A stretch of DNA of 64,000 bases from Spirochaetia bacterium (GTDB lineage: Bacteria > Spirochaetota > Spirochaetia > SZUA-6 > Fen-1364). This document shows positions 17,843-27,353 of the stretch, piece after piece (the first letter of the stretch is position 1; each line of letters opens with the position of its first letter). The position numbers were made by a program, and so were the translations under genes. Below the pieces are notes generated by a model. The model did no database searches. It had not been told where the DNA came from and saw only the letters and a program-made list of their open reading frames with translations. Location: contig JBEKUJ010000017.1 of assembly GCA_049515135.1 (NCBI GenBank), positions 7,332-71,331 on the forward strand, given 5' to 3'.

Positions 17843-19042
17843 ATGCTCGGAGCATACGGGCCATGGATGGCGGCCCGCGTGGGAGAAGGGCCCGGTCGGC
17901 TTTCGTTCCGAAACCCTCTGTGGGCCGATGTCGATGAATGGAAAAAGACAGCACGGGAGACCCTGACAGGGCTTCTGTGCGGCCCGGGAGAGATGCGTCC
18001 TGAAGATGTCCGGGTGCACCGACGCTCCACCTCGGAGGAGCTGGAAATCGAGGAGCTCTCCTGGCAGCTTGCCTGCGGGCCACGGACGCAGGCCTACCTT
18101 CTGAAGCCAGCAGGGTCGAGGAAAAGACTCCCCGGGATCCTGGCGCTGCACGATCATGGCGGCAACAAGCACTTCGGGAAGCGCAAGATCGCCCGCGTTG
18201 GTCCTGTTGTCCACCCTCTGATCAAGACGCATCAGGATTGCTACTACGGCGGGGTGGGCTGGGCGAACGAGATGGCGCGCAGAGGGTTTGCAGTGCTCGT
18301 GCACGACGTGTTCCCGTTCGAGAGCAGGAGAGTTCTTGCGTCGGACCTGCCCGGCCACGTGGTCAGGCGCCTGATGAGCGCTCCGGATGAGGTCCGCGAG
18401 GTGACGCCGCAGGATCTTGCTGAAGACGTGCCTGCGACGCAGATCGACGTGCCCGACAGCGAACCGGAGGAGAAGGTGGCCGCGTATAACGCCTTCGCCG
18501 GGCAGCACGAGGGGGTCATTGCCAAGTCTCTGTTCTGCGCAGGGCTCACCTGGCCCGGCCTCACCCTTGCCGAGGACAGGGCGGCCCTGGAGTATCTCGC
18601 CCAGCGGCCGGACGTGGACCCGGAAAGGCTGGGCTGCGGTGGTTTGTCCGGGGGAGGGCTTCGAACCGTCTTCCTTGCCGGCCTCGACCCCCGCATCCGC
18701 GTGGCAGTGTGCGCCGGATTCATGAGCACCTGGCGGGACTTCCTGCTCAATACGAGCTACACCCATACGTGGATGATGTACGTTCCCGGGCTGCCGGCTC
18801 TTCTGGACTTCCCCGAGGTCCTTGCCGTGAGGGTCCCGCTGCCCACCCTCGTTCTGTCGACAACAGAAGACCCCCTTTTCACGTCGGGAGAGGTCAGGCG
18901 CGCTGGGCAGATCCTGGAGGAAATCTTCCGCAAGGCAGGAGCATCCGAGGGACTGTCCATCAGCATCCACGCCGGCGCGCACAAGTTCGACCTGCCAATG
19001 CAGGCAGAGGCTTTCCAGTGGGTGGAGAGATGGCTCACGTAG
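17843..19042 (+). CDS. Alpha/beta hydrolase (acetyl-esterase/dienelactone-hydrolase-like)
   Basis: ILALHDHGGNKHF (oxyanion region), nucleophile elbow GCGGLSGGG, C-terminal His region. Start ambiguous (ATG at 17831, 17843 or 17867). 17843 has AAGGA 4 nt upstream. Confidence 0.6.
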   Translation: MLGAYGPWMAARVGEGPGRLSFRNPLWADVDEWKKTARETLTGLLCGPGEMRPEDVRVHRRSTSEELEIEELSWQLACGPRTQAYLLKPAGSRKRLPGILALHDHGGNKHFGKRKIARVGPVVHPLIKTHQDCYYGGVGWANEMARRGFAVLVHDVFPFESRRVLASDLPGHVVRRLMSAPDEVREVTPQDLAEDVPATQIDVPDSEPEEKVAAYNAFAGQHEGVIAKSLFCAGLTWPGLTLAEDRAALEYLAQRPDVDPERLGCGGLSGGGLRTVFLAGLDPRIRVAVCAGFMSTWRDFLLNTSYTHTWMMYVPGLPALLDFPEVLAVRVPLPTLVLSTTEDPLFTSGEVRRAGQILEEIFRKAGASEGLSISIHAGAHKFDLPMQAEAFQWVERWLT

Positions 19043-19080
19043 CCTTTCGTGGCTGGGGGCCGCGCCTTCCGCACATCCAT

Positions 19081-19098
19081 CCCACGCTACCGCGTGGG
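19081..19098. terminator. Short GC hairpin (CCCACGC-tacc-GCGTGGG) between convergent genes; weak terminator candidate with no U-tract
   Basis: Perfect 7-bp stem seen in the 84-nt gap between the hydrolase stop (19042) and the methyltransferase stop (19127). Confidence 0.2.
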
Positions 19099-19126
19099 AG
19101 GCTCGGCGCGGCTCCGCCATCCCTGG

Positions 19127-19687
19127 CTAGGGGCTGGCGCGATACAGATCCATGTGAGCCATTGCGATTCTTTCGATGGATGAAAGGCCGGCCGATTCCG
19201 CCAGCTCCAGGACACGCTGGGGAGCAAGTCGATGAGCCAGCGGCGGCCCTTTCTCCTCCTCCCGGTAGGGCCATTCCAGAATGACGATTCTCTTGCGCGC
19301 CACGCGCCGGGCCTCCTGAAGTGCCCGGACCGGATCATCCGTCTCGTGCAGGACGTGTCCCAGGAAGACGAGGTCGAAGGAGCGATCTTCGAACGGTAGG
19401 CTTTCCGCAACTGCCACCTGAAACGGGACCTGGGGAGCAAAGCGCCGCGCCACGGCAAGGAGATCGGGGTTCGGATCAATTCCGGTCACGCGAAGGGATT
19501 CCTGCGCAAAGACCTCTGCAAAGACCCCGGTCCCCGTGCCGACGTCCAGGACGCTGGAAAGCCGCAGGCCGTCCCTGCTGAGCCGAACGACAGTTGCGGT
19601 CTCCAGGAGCGCCAGCCGTTCAGGGGCGCGAAGGCGCTCGGCCCCTCCATGGAAACGGCGCTCGTGAGAACCGTGCTCGTTTTTCAC
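19127..19687 (-). CDS. Class I SAM-dependent methyltransferase
   Basis: Motif I VLDVGTGTGVFAE, then FDLVFLGHVLHE. The ORF-track start at 19771 is TTG and would overlap the divergent DUF1893 gene. GTG at 19687 (GAGAGG upstream) is preferred. Confidence 0.6.
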   Translation of the reverse strand: MKNEHGSHERRFHGGAERLRAPERLALLETATVVRLSRDGLRLSSVLDVGTGTGVFAEVFAQESLRVTGIDPNPDLLAVARRFAPQVPFQVAVAESLPFEDRSFDLVFLGHVLHETDDPVRALQEARRVARKRIVILEWPYREEEKGPPLAHRLAPQRVLELAESAGLSSIERIAMAHMDLYRASP

Positions 19688-19740
19688 CCGGTGCCTCTCA
19701 TGGTTACACAAAGGCGAATATATCGTATAAAAGGGGCGCA

Positions 19741-20142
19741 ATGGCTTCGAATACGACACTCGAGTTTTCAATAGATGGGCAGCTAGTCTTTTCCAGCTCG
19801 GGAAAGTGGCTCCACCCCCTCTTCGAGCTGGAGGAGTTCCTGAAGGCGCGCGCGGGAGTGGACCCGGCCAGGGCGCATGTCCGAGACAAGATCATCGGGC
19901 GCGGCTCCGCCTTCCTCATCGTCAGAATGGGAATCTGCAAGGTTCATGCAGGAGTTCTCAGCAGGCTGGGAAAGGACGTGCTGGACCGGGCGGGGGCCGC
20001 CTGCACTTGGGACCAGCTTGTCGACACTATCCAGTGCCGCACTGAGGGGCTTCTTCGCGACACAACAGATCCCCAGGAGGCATACCGCGTGCTGGCGGAC
20101 CTTGCCGGCGCGGGTTCTCCTCTAAAGAGGCAGAGCCTGTAG
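19741..20142 (+). CDS. DUF1893-like (TM1506-type) small protein
   Basis: ATG 19741 (MASNTTLEFSIDGQLVFSSSGKWLHPLFELEEFL...IIGRGSAFLIV). Recognition is from memory of the DUF1893 pattern. The preceding AT-rich stretch (tatatcgtataaaa) is promoter-like. Confidence 0.45.
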   Translation: MASNTTLEFSIDGQLVFSSSGKWLHPLFELEEFLKARAGVDPARAHVRDKIIGRGSAFLIVRMGICKVHAGVLSRLGKDVLDRAGAACTWDQLVDTIQCRTEGLLRDTTDPQEAYRVLADLAGAGSPLKRQSL

Positions 20143-20150
20143 CCTCCCCT

Positions 20151-20585
20151 TCAGCGCTGCCGGGAGCTCCCGGCTTTTGAGGACGCGGGGCGCGGGCGGC
20201 CGGCTTTGGCGGGAGCTGACGGAGCAGCTGCGCGCGGCCTGGCCAGGGCTGTGGGATGGCGCGGCTGATAGAGTCCAAGCTCACCGCCTCCCGGCAGCGC
20301 AATGGCGCAGACCCTGCCCCAGCTCTCTTCGCTCACGGCCCGGGAGAACTTCACACCCTTCGCTCGGAGCTCCCCGATCGTTTTCTCGATGTCCTGGCAC
20401 ATCAGGTAGAGATCCAGCCGTGGTGCGCCGTCTGTGGGATGAACTGCTATTTCAGCAGGCGGAAGTGCAAAGATCGTCCATCCGCCGCCGGCGTCAACCT
20501 TGTTGGTGTCCAGGATTTTTTCCAAGAGCTCCCGTGCCTCGGCCGGCGCCCGGGAAAACACGATGGAATGTGCGCCGAAGATCAT
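20151..20585 (-). CDS. VOC (glyoxalase/bleomycin-resistance-like) family protein with low-complexity C-terminal tail
   Basis: About 110-aa VOC-like core (GGWTIFALPPAEIAVHP...GGGELGLYQP), then an Ala/Pro/Arg-rich tail. Confidence 0.5.
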   Translation of the reverse strand: MIFGAHSIVFSRAPAEARELLEKILDTNKVDAGGGWTIFALPPAEIAVHPTDGAPRLDLYLMCQDIEKTIGELRAKGVKFSRAVSEESWGRVCAIALPGGGELGLYQPRHPTALARPRAAAPSAPAKAGRPRPASSKAGSSRQR

Positions 20586-20634
20586 GGATGCGCCTCCTCA
20601 CATGTAAGAATACCACTTCGTGAACTGAAAACTT

Positions 20635-21882
20635 CTACTGTCCCGCAGCAAACAGTATCCGGGAGAGTTTTGCAACCGTGAAATGATTGCGCAGGTAGTG
20701 GGCACTCTGGAAGGCCTGGTCGCGATCAGAGTCGGAGAGCCCCAGCTCCTGCGTGCTGGCAGGCCCCCCTGTCTGATGGATGAGCCGGCCAATCTCCTCA
20801 GGACCGGGCACCATTCCAGCTATCTCCTGGATTTCGGTCCAGGAATCCAGGGTCTTCTGCTTCAATTGCTCCCACGCTTCGCTGCTCATCCCGATGAATC
20901 GCGTCTGCGTTTCGGCCACATCGTCCGCCGCCTGCCCGTACGCCGCCCTGATGCGCTGCAGCTCCTCCTCCCGGGAAGGCTGCGGGGATCTCTGGAGCAG
21001 CTCGGCCGCTTTGCTGCGGGTAAGTTGCCTGATGGCGGCATAGAGCTCCGCCGCAAGCATGGTTGCCACCCCCACCTTGGCCCCATGCAGGATTGCCGGC
21101 CTTCCCTCCCTGAGGAGCTTCATCTCCCAGAAGTGCGAGTAATGGTGCTCGGCCCCGGATGCAGGCAGGGAGCTTCCGAAATCCAGCATGCAGAACCCCG
21201 ATTCCAGCAAAGCCTCGAAGAGACGGCGGACTCCCTGCTTTGTGGCCGCTGCTATTTCCGCGGCCGCCTCCTGGCAGGTCTGCGCCGCGCTGAGACACCG
21301 GTCGGCAACTTCCTGGTCGAAGCGGAAGCCCCAGAGCAAAGAGCCCAGCCTCCAGTCCGCCACGGAGGTATGCTTGCCCATCATGTCGCCGAAACCAGCC
21401 GCAATCATGCTCCGGGGCGCTGAGCATAGCACTGCCAGGTCTGCGAAAATGGCCAGCGGCGGATGCGCCAGGGCAGTTGTCTTGATTCCGCGAACGACGA
21501 GGGGCGAGCCGAGGGAGGTGAACCCGTCCACGGAAGGGGCCGTGGGCATGACAATGAAAGGGACGCCGACCCTGTGGCTGACGAACCTTGTGATGTCGGT
21601 AATAGTTCCTGAGCCGACGGCCACAAGGCACTGGTCCCGCCTGTCGAAGAACAGCAGGCACTGCAGAATGGAATGCGCATCAGCCACGACCTCGGGGCCG
21701 GCAAGGATCACCGACCGGACCTCACGGCCGCTTCGCCGAAGGGATTCTTCCACAGTCCGGCCCAGGACCCCGTGGGTGGTCTGGTCCGCGATGACGAGCA
21801 GCCGTTTGAATCCGGCCTGCCCGCAGAACGAGACCAGGTCCGAGACGGCCCCCGCGCCAATGGCGACGCGCGGCCTGGTCAT
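20635..21882 (-). CDS. Iron-containing alcohol-dehydrogenase superfamily enzyme, sn-glycerol-1-phosphate dehydrogenase (G1PDH/AraM)-like
   Basis: Start ATG 21882 (MTRPRVAIGAGAV) overlaps the upstream Zn-ADH stop (ATGA). Motifs GSGTITDITRFVS and PFIVMPTAPSVDGFTS resemble the G1PDH/glycerol-DH nucleotide and metal site. The ORF-track N-terminal 46 aa are rejected. Confidence 0.6.
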   Translation of the reverse strand: MTRPRVAIGAGAVSDLVSFCGQAGFKRLLVIADQTTHGVLGRTVEESLRRSGREVRSVILAGPEVVADAHSILQCLLFFDRRDQCLVAVGSGTITDITRFVSHRVGVPFIVMPTAPSVDGFTSLGSPLVVRGIKTTALAHPPLAIFADLAVLCSAPRSMIAAGFGDMMGKHTSVADWRLGSLLWGFRFDQEVADRCLSAAQTCQEAAAEIAAATKQGVRRLFEALLESGFCMLDFGSSLPASGAEHHYSHFWEMKLLREGRPAILHGAKVGVATMLAAELYAAIRQLTRSKAAELLQRSPQPSREEELQRIRAAYGQAADDVAETQTRFIGMSSEAWEQLKQKTLDSWTEIQEIAGMVPGPEEIGRLIHQTGGPASTQELGLSDSDRDQAFQSAHYLRNHFTVAKLSRILFAAGQ

Positions 21883-22910
21883 GGCTCCAGGATGACCTTC
21901 ATGAGATCGGGCTCCTGGCGGTAGAGCCTGTCGAACCATGCAGCCCCCTCCGACAGCGGCGCACGGGCGCTGATGAACGAATCCACGTTCACCCGTTTGC
22001 GCGCAATCAGGTCCAGGCATTCCGGGTATTCCCCCTGTGACGCGCAGGACCCCAGAAGGGTGACCTGGCGCGTGACCACTGACTGGAGCGCAAGCTCGAT
22101 CTTCGGCGAGAGGTTGCCCACCAGGACCACCCTCCCGCCCATGCGGACCGCTTCCACGGCCCTGCCAACCGCAGCAGTGATCCCCACTGCCTCGAAGGCC
22201 ATGTCGGCGCCGCGGCCTTGCGTCAGGTCCAGGACCTGCTTGATCGAGTCAGGCGATTTAGAATCCAGTCCGACGTCCGCGCCGAGCTCGCGCGCGCGGC
22301 GCAGCTTGCCTTCATCGACGTCGAGGGCAATGATGGTGGAGCAACCGGAGGCTCGGAGGACCTGGACCAGGAGGAGCCCGATCATGCCGGTCCCCACCAC
22401 GACCGCGGATTCACCCACCTCGGGCCGGGCAAGCCGAACGGCGTGGAAGGCCACCGACAGAGGCTCCGTCATTGCCGCCTGGTGGAATGCGACCTCGGGC
22501 GGGATGCGATACAGGATGTGCTGCGGAACCGCAACCAGCTGGGCAAAAGCCCCGTTGCGCCGGTAGTCGGCGCAGGAGACGCCAAGGACGCGGCGGCGCT
22601 CGCAGAGGTTGATTTCCCCCCGGCGGCAGCGCCAGCACTCGCCGCAGGAGATGGTTGAGTCGAACGTGACCCTGTCCCCGACGCGCCACCCCTGCACCCG
22701 GGCGCCGATCTGCGTGATCACCCCGGCAGCCTCATGGCCCATGATGACCGGGGGCAGCCGCCTGCCGGTGGAGCCGTCCATGCCGTGCACATCGCTCCCG
22801 CAGATGCCGCATGCCTTGACCTGCACCATGACCTCATTGTCTTCGGTCTGCGGGTCCGGTGAATCTCCGTAGACAAGCTTGCCGTATTCCTTGAGCGTCA
22901 GCGCCTTCAT
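21879..22910 (-). CDS. Zn-dependent medium-chain alcohol/polyol dehydrogenase (sorbitol/threonine-DH-like)
   Basis: GHEAAGVI, structural-zinc CGECWRCRRGEINLC, and Rossmann VVVGTGMIGLL. ATG 22910 or 22913 with GGGGAGG upstream. Confidence 0.75.
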   Translation of the reverse strand: MKALTLKEYGKLVYGDSPDPQTEDNEVMVQVKACGICGSDVHGMDGSTGRRLPPVIMGHEAAGVITQIGARVQGWRVGDRVTFDSTISCGECWRCRRGEINLCERRRVLGVSCADYRRNGAFAQLVAVPQHILYRIPPEVAFHQAAMTEPLSVAFHAVRLARPEVGESAVVVGTGMIGLLLVQVLRASGCSTIIALDVDEGKLRRARELGADVGLDSKSPDSIKQVLDLTQGRGADMAFEAVGITAAVGRAVEAVRMGGRVVLVGNLSPKIELALQSVVTRQVTLLGSCASQGEYPECLDLIARKRVNVDSFISARAPLSEGAAWFDRLYRQEPDLMKVILEP

Positions 22911-22965
22911 CATGGCCTCCCCTGACAATAGTACACTATAATGCGGCGGAGGAAATCGAGAGGCA

Positions 22966-24075
22966 ATGGACTCAGTCGACGTGCTCGTCATCGGCGCAGG
23001 AGTGATAGGGCTTGCCATCGCCGAGCGCCTGGTCGGCCCGAAGCGGGAGCTGGTGGTATGCGAACGCCATGACGGGTTCGGGAGGGAAACCTCTTCCCGA
23101 AACAGCGAAGTGATCCATTGCGGCATGTATTACGCGGAGGACCTCCTGAAAACAACTCTCTGCGTCCGCGGCAATCCGCTTCTCTATGAGCTGTGCGCCC
23201 GCGCCGGGATCCCGCACCGCAAGACAGGGAAGATCGTCGTTGCAACGGATGAATCGGAGTCGGAGAAGCTCCACCGGATCCTGGATCAGGGAAGGAGAAA
23301 CGGCGTCACCGGCCTCAGGCTGCTCTTGGCCGGGGAAATCCGCGACATGGAGCCGGACGTGAGCGGTTGTCTGGGACTGCACAGCCCGGAAAGCGGGATC
23401 GTTGACAGCCATCGACTGATGGAGCACCTGGAGCGCTCGGCCCGCTCCCGGGGAGCCATCATGGCGTACGGCTGCGAGGTGACGGGCATTCACAAGGAGC
23501 GGTCCGGGTATCGAGTGGAGATCACGCAGGGAGGCGGGGAGACCGTTGTGATTGCCGCCGGGTGCGTGGTCAACTCTGCGGGCCTCGGGGCGGACGGGAT
23601 TGCCGCAATGGCGGGAATCGACATCGATGAATCGGGCTACCGCATCCATCCGTGCAAGGGCGAATACTTCCGGATAGCCAGCAGACACCGGGGCAGGATC
23701 CGCCGGCTTGTGTACCCCACGCCGTCTCCTGTCCACCTGGGCGCGCACGTGGTCCTGGGACTCGATGACGGCCTGAAGATCGGTCCTGATTCCAGCTACG
23801 TGGACCGGATCGACTATGCCGTCGATGCCGGCCACCAGCGCGAGTTCTTCGAAAAAGCAGTCCGCTTCCTGCCCTTCCTTTCCTATGACGACCTTTCACC
23901 GGACATGTCGGGAATTCGGCCCAAGCTGTACCGGCGGGGCGAGCCTTTTCGGGACTTCGTGATCCGCGAAGAGGGTGATCGGGGACTTGCGGGCCTGGTC
24001 AACCTCATCGGCATGGAGTCCCCTGGGCTGACGTCGTGTCTCACCATCGCAGAAAAGGTGGAAAGCCTTCTCTAG
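22966..24075 (+). CDS. FAD-dependent oxidoreductase, L-2-hydroxyglutarate oxidase (LhgO/YgaF)-like
   Basis: VDVLVIGAGVIGLAIA and overall LhgO-like architecture. Divergent from the Zn-ADH gene with a 52-bp spacer that contains TATAAT. Confidence 0.7.
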   Translation: MDSVDVLVIGAGVIGLAIAERLVGPKRELVVCERHDGFGRETSSRNSEVIHCGMYYAEDLLKTTLCVRGNPLLYELCARAGIPHRKTGKIVVATDESESEKLHRILDQGRRNGVTGLRLLLAGEIRDMEPDVSGCLGLHSPESGIVDSHRLMEHLERSARSRGAIMAYGCEVTGIHKERSGYRVEITQGGGETVVIAAGCVVNSAGLGADGIAAMAGIDIDESGYRIHPCKGEYFRIASRHRGRIRRLVYPTPSPVHLGAHVVLGLDDGLKIGPDSSYVDRIDYAVDAGHQREFFEKAVRFLPFLSYDDLSPDMSGIRPKLYRRGEPFRDFVIREEGDRGLAGLVNLIGMESPGLTSCLTIAEKVESLL

Positions 24076-24077
24076 GG

Positions 24078-24533
24078 TTATTTCTTCAGGAATCTCTTCT
24101 CGTACTCGGAGATGCGCTCAACTTTTGCCGTCGAGCCTCCACCCTGGAACTCTGACTCGAGCCAGGCGTCGACCACCGTCTTCGCCAGCTCAGGGCCAAT
24201 GACCCGGGCCCCCATGGTGAGGACCTGGGCGTTGTTGCTCTTGCGGGCGCGCTCCGCCGAATAGGTGTCGTGGCAGGTTGCGGCCCTGATGCCGGGGACC
24301 TTGTTGGCCGTGATGGCCATCCCCAGGCCCGTCCCGCACATGAGGATCCCGCGTTCGTGCTTCCCCTCCGCAATGGCAACCGCCACTGCAAACGCGATGT
24401 CCGGGTACAGGGAAGGGCGTGTGTCGAACACGCCGTAGTCCGTCACCTCGATATGCTTTTCCTCGACGAGGTGCTTCTTGATGATTTCCTTCAGCTCGTA
24501 GGCGGCGTCGTCGGCGCCCAGGGCAATGGTCAT
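24078..24533 (-). CDS. rpiB: Ribose-5-phosphate isomerase B / sugar-phosphate isomerase (RpiB/LacA/LacB family)
   Basis: MTIALGADDAAYELK, GILMCGTGLGMAITANK, NNAQVLTMGARVIG. ATGA overlap with the upstream reductase stop. Confidence 0.8.
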   Translation of the reverse strand: MTIALGADDAAYELKEIIKKHLVEEKHIEVTDYGVFDTRPSLYPDIAFAVAVAIAEGKHERGILMCGTGLGMAITANKVPGIRAATCHDTYSAERARKSNNAQVLTMGARVIGPELAKTVVDAWLESEFQGGGSTAKVERISEYEKRFLKK

Positions 24534-25402
24534 GCGCGTCCTCCTGGCTCTCTCCACAGCTCGATGATTGCGGGCTGGGAGTACGGTCCCTTCCCTGCCG
24601 CCTGGCCTGCCACGAAGATCTCATGCGCCGCGGCGGTCATGGGGATGGGGACATGGCTCTCCGCCGCAAGGGACCTGGCGTAGCTGAGGTCCTTCTCCAT
24701 CATGTTGATGGTCCCCCCGGGAGTGTAGTCCCGGGCCATCATTGCGGATGCGCTGACGTCCAGCACCTTGGAGCCGGCCCATCCCTCGCGGATGGCGTTG
24801 TACAGGGACCCGGTATCAACGCCGTTTTTTCCCGCCAGGGCGAATCCCTCTGCAATCACGGCAAAGGCCGAAGCGACGATCATATTGTTGACCAGCTTTG
24901 CGACGTTGCCTGCGCCCGCATCGCCCACCCTGACCACGGTCTTCCCCATCGCCGAGAGGAGCGGCAGGCACCTTTCAAAGGCGGCTGTGCTGGCGCCTAC
25001 CATGATGGCAAGCGTGGCCGCCAGCGCGCCCCCTTCCCCTCCGCTGACCGGCGCATCGGCAAACTCGATGCCCGACCGGGCAAACCTGGCTGCGATGCGG
25101 CGCGACACAGCGGGAAGGCTTGTGCTGAGGTCTATCACGAGAGACCCCGGCCGGAGCTCATTGACAAGCCCCGTGCCCCCAATGGCCACCTCTTCCACCG
25201 TCTTCGCGTCCGGCAGGGACAGGCATACCACTGTGCAGCGCCTGGCAAGCTCGGAGAGCGTGCCGGCGCGTGTCACCCCCGCCAGCCCCTGGAACCTTGC
25301 CTCGTTCACGTCATAGCCGGTGACGGGGTATTTCTTCACCAGGTTCCCCGCCATGGCGCGGCCCATGACCCCAAGCCCGACGAAACCAGCTTCTTCTGTC
25401 AT
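24530..25402 (-). CDS. NAD-binding 3-hydroxyisobutyrate-dehydrogenase family reductase (tartronate-semialdehyde / 2-hydroxy-3-oxopropionate reductase-like)
   Basis: GFVGLGVMGRAMAGNL, DAPVSGG, AKLVNNMI. Confidence 0.8.
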   Translation of the reverse strand: MTEEAGFVGLGVMGRAMAGNLVKKYPVTGYDVNEARFQGLAGVTRAGTLSELARRCTVVCLSLPDAKTVEEVAIGGTGLVNELRPGSLVIDLSTSLPAVSRRIAARFARSGIEFADAPVSGGEGGALAATLAIMVGASTAAFERCLPLLSAMGKTVVRVGDAGAGNVAKLVNNMIVASAFAVIAEGFALAGKNGVDTGSLYNAIREGWAGSKVLDVSASAMMARDYTPGGTINMMEKDLSYARSLAAESHVPIPMTAAAHEIFVAGQAAGKGPYSQPAIIELWREPGGRA

Positions 25403-25489
25403 GTCCCTTCAATCATACTCACGGAAGCGCCGCCGCGCCACCCGGGCGGCCACTTGCCGGGCGGCGTCCGTTCCGTGCACCATTCCCGC

Positions 25490-26533
25490 ATGCAGCTCAC
25501 GAAGCGCGTCCTTGCCCGGCTGAAATCTCCCTATCCCCTCGGCCTTCTCGCGCTGGACGGCAAGCAGTGCGTGGTCGGGTCCACGGAGGATCACGGTCCG
25601 GTAGTGATGGCGGCCCCGCCTTACGATGAGGCCATTGAGATTGTCCCAGGGCCCGGCGGCTGTATGGCCCTGGTCCCGGATGCGGAGCGGCCCGGCGAGC
25701 TGTATGCCATCATGGGGTGCTTCCCCGGGTACAAATTCCAGACCGGCGCCATCTACCGGATCGGTCGGGAAGCGGGCCAATGGACCCGCACAAAGCTTGC
25801 GGACCTGCCTTTTGCGCACAGGATCGACTTCGTCACCCGCGGCGGTAACCGCTACCTGATGGCGGCGACCCTGGCGGCCGACAAGAGCGACCCCTCGGAC
25901 TGGTCCAGGCCGGGGACCCTCTATGCGTGCCGGGTCCCGCGCCAACCCGAGGAGCAATGGTCGCTTGTCCCGGTTCTGGAGAACATCCACCGCAACCACG
26001 GGCTCCTTGTCCAGCGCTTCGAAGGACGGAGGTCGATCCTTGTTTCCGGGACCGAGGGGCTGTTTGCCTCAAATCTTGAACAGCCCGGCGGCAGCTGGGC
26101 TTTCAAAACGGTCCTCAGGGATGAAGTCAGCGAGGTTGTGGTCCTGGATGTCGACGGTGACGGAGAGGACGAGCTCATCACCATCGAACCGTTCCATGGA
26201 AACTTTCTCCGGGTCTACAAGCGGTTTCCAGGCCGGTATGAGAAGGCATGGGAGGGCGAAATTGCCTTCGGTCACGGCCTGCTGGCGGGAAGGTTGGGCG
26301 GCGCGCCGAGCATCCTTGTCAGCAACAGGGCTGAATCGCGCGACCTGCTCCTGTTCCAGTTCCCTCAGGGGACCCGGCCGTCCGGTCGCGGTCTGTCGGA
26401 GCCGACTCGGACAGTGGTTGACCCGGGGGCAGGCGCGGCGAACATGCTGATCCTGAGCCATAACGGCGAAGACCGGATATTCTCTACGAACCAGTCCGCG
26501 GGCGAGATTGCTGTGTACTCGGCAGCGCCTTGA
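25490..26533 (+). CDS. Hypothetical protein (347 aa), possibly beta-propeller (VVLDVDGDGEDELITIEPFHG)
   Basis: The coherent protein-like sequence begins at ATG 25490 (MQLTKRVLARLKSPYPLGLLALDG). The 290-aa upstream part of the ORF-track ORF is antisense to the reductase gene and is rejected. Convergent 50-nt overlap with the SDR gene end. Confidence 0.45.
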   Translation: MQLTKRVLARLKSPYPLGLLALDGKQCVVGSTEDHGPVVMAAPPYDEAIEIVPGPGGCMALVPDAERPGELYAIMGCFPGYKFQTGAIYRIGREAGQWTRTKLADLPFAHRIDFVTRGGNRYLMAATLAADKSDPSDWSRPGTLYACRVPRQPEEQWSLVPVLENIHRNHGLLVQRFEGRRSILVSGTEGLFASNLEQPGGSWAFKTVLRDEVSEVVVLDVDGDGEDELITIEPFHGNFLRVYKRFPGRYEKAWEGEIAFGHGLLAGRLGGAPSILVSNRAESRDLLLFQFPQGTRPSGRGLSEPTRTVVDPGAGAANMLILSHNGEDRIFSTNQSAGEIAVYSAAP

Positions 26534-27299
26534 GCGCCCCGACGGAAATGCCGCCGTCCACCAGGAGGATCTGCCCTGTCACGTAGCGGCTCTCTTCCGA
26601 GGCAAGGAAGACAACGGCCCCGTCCAGGTCATTCGGCGCGCCGGGACGTCCCAGGGGGATCCGCTCGGACAGGTACTCCACCCAGCCCGCGTCCTGGTAC
26701 ATCACTGCGTTCTGGGCCGTCTTGAACCAGCCCGGCGCCAGGCAGTTCACCGTTATTCCGTACTCCCCCCAGTCATGGGCAAGGCTCATGGTCAGCTGCT
26801 TGATCCCCCCGCGGCTTGCGCCGTACGGAGCCAGGCCGGAATAGCCCGCAACGGAGGTCTCTGAGCCGATATTGATGATGCGGCCGTAGCGCGCTTCGAT
26901 CATGGGCCGTGCGATGGCCTGGGCCACGAAGAACGATCCGCGCAGGTTCGTGTCCAGAATGAGGTTCCAGTCATCCCATGTCACCTCGAGCGCCCGCTTT
27001 CGCACGTTGCACCCGGCGTTGTTGACCAGGATGTCGATCCGGCCGAACGCCTTCTTGGCCCGCTCCGCCACGCGCTGGATGCTGTTGTAGTCCCGCACGT
27101 CGAGCTCGAGCGGGACTGCCGTGCGGCCAAGCTCTTCGACTTCTTTCCGAAAAGCCTCCAGCGCCTCGGCATGCCTGCTTGTGATGATCAGGTCCGCCCC
27201 GGCGCGCGCCAGCGCCCGGCCGAAGTACTGGCCAAGGCCCCTGCTTGCCCCCGTGACCAGCGCGACTCTTCCCGAAAGGTCGAACTGTGTGGCTTTCAT
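26484..27299 (-). CDS. SDR-family oxidoreductase (gluconate-5-dehydrogenase-like)
   Basis: Start ATG 27299 (MKATQFDLSGRVALVTGASRGLG). NNAG and catalytic YGASRGGIK present. C-terminal about 17-aa tail. Confidence 0.8.
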   Translation of the reverse strand: MKATQFDLSGRVALVTGASRGLGQYFGRALARAGADLIITSRHAEALEAFRKEVEELGRTAVPLELDVRDYNSIQRVAERAKKAFGRIDILVNNAGCNVRKRALEVTWDDWNLILDTNLRGSFFVAQAIARPMIEARYGRIINIGSETSVAGYSGLAPYGASRGGIKQLTMSLAHDWGEYGITVNCLAPGWFKTAQNAVMYQDAGWVEYLSERIPLGRPGAPNDLDGAVVFLASEESRYVTGQILLVDGGISVGALKALPSTQQSRPRTGS

Positions 27300-27353
27300 G
27301 GGGTTTGAGTATGCTCGTTTGCGGAAACAAATCAACAGAGACGCGCGCCCGGA

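Noticed and set aside
17684-19120. 478-aa minus-strand ORF
   Set aside because: Antisense to the alpha/beta hydrolase gene. Arg/Pro/Gly-rich composition typical of spurious ORFs in GC-rich DNA. No motifs.
22914-22965. TATAAT hexamer in the Zn-ADH / LhgO divergent region as a defined promoter
   Set aside because: A -10-like hexamer is present, but no convincingly spaced -35 was found on either strand. It is mentioned in the feature evidence only and not called as a promoter.
24623-25489. N-terminal 290 aa of the 636-aa plus-strand ORF 24623-26533
   Set aside because: This part is antisense to the well-supported RpiB and reductase genes and has low-complexity Arg/Gly/His-rich composition. Only the section from ATG 25490 looks protein-like.
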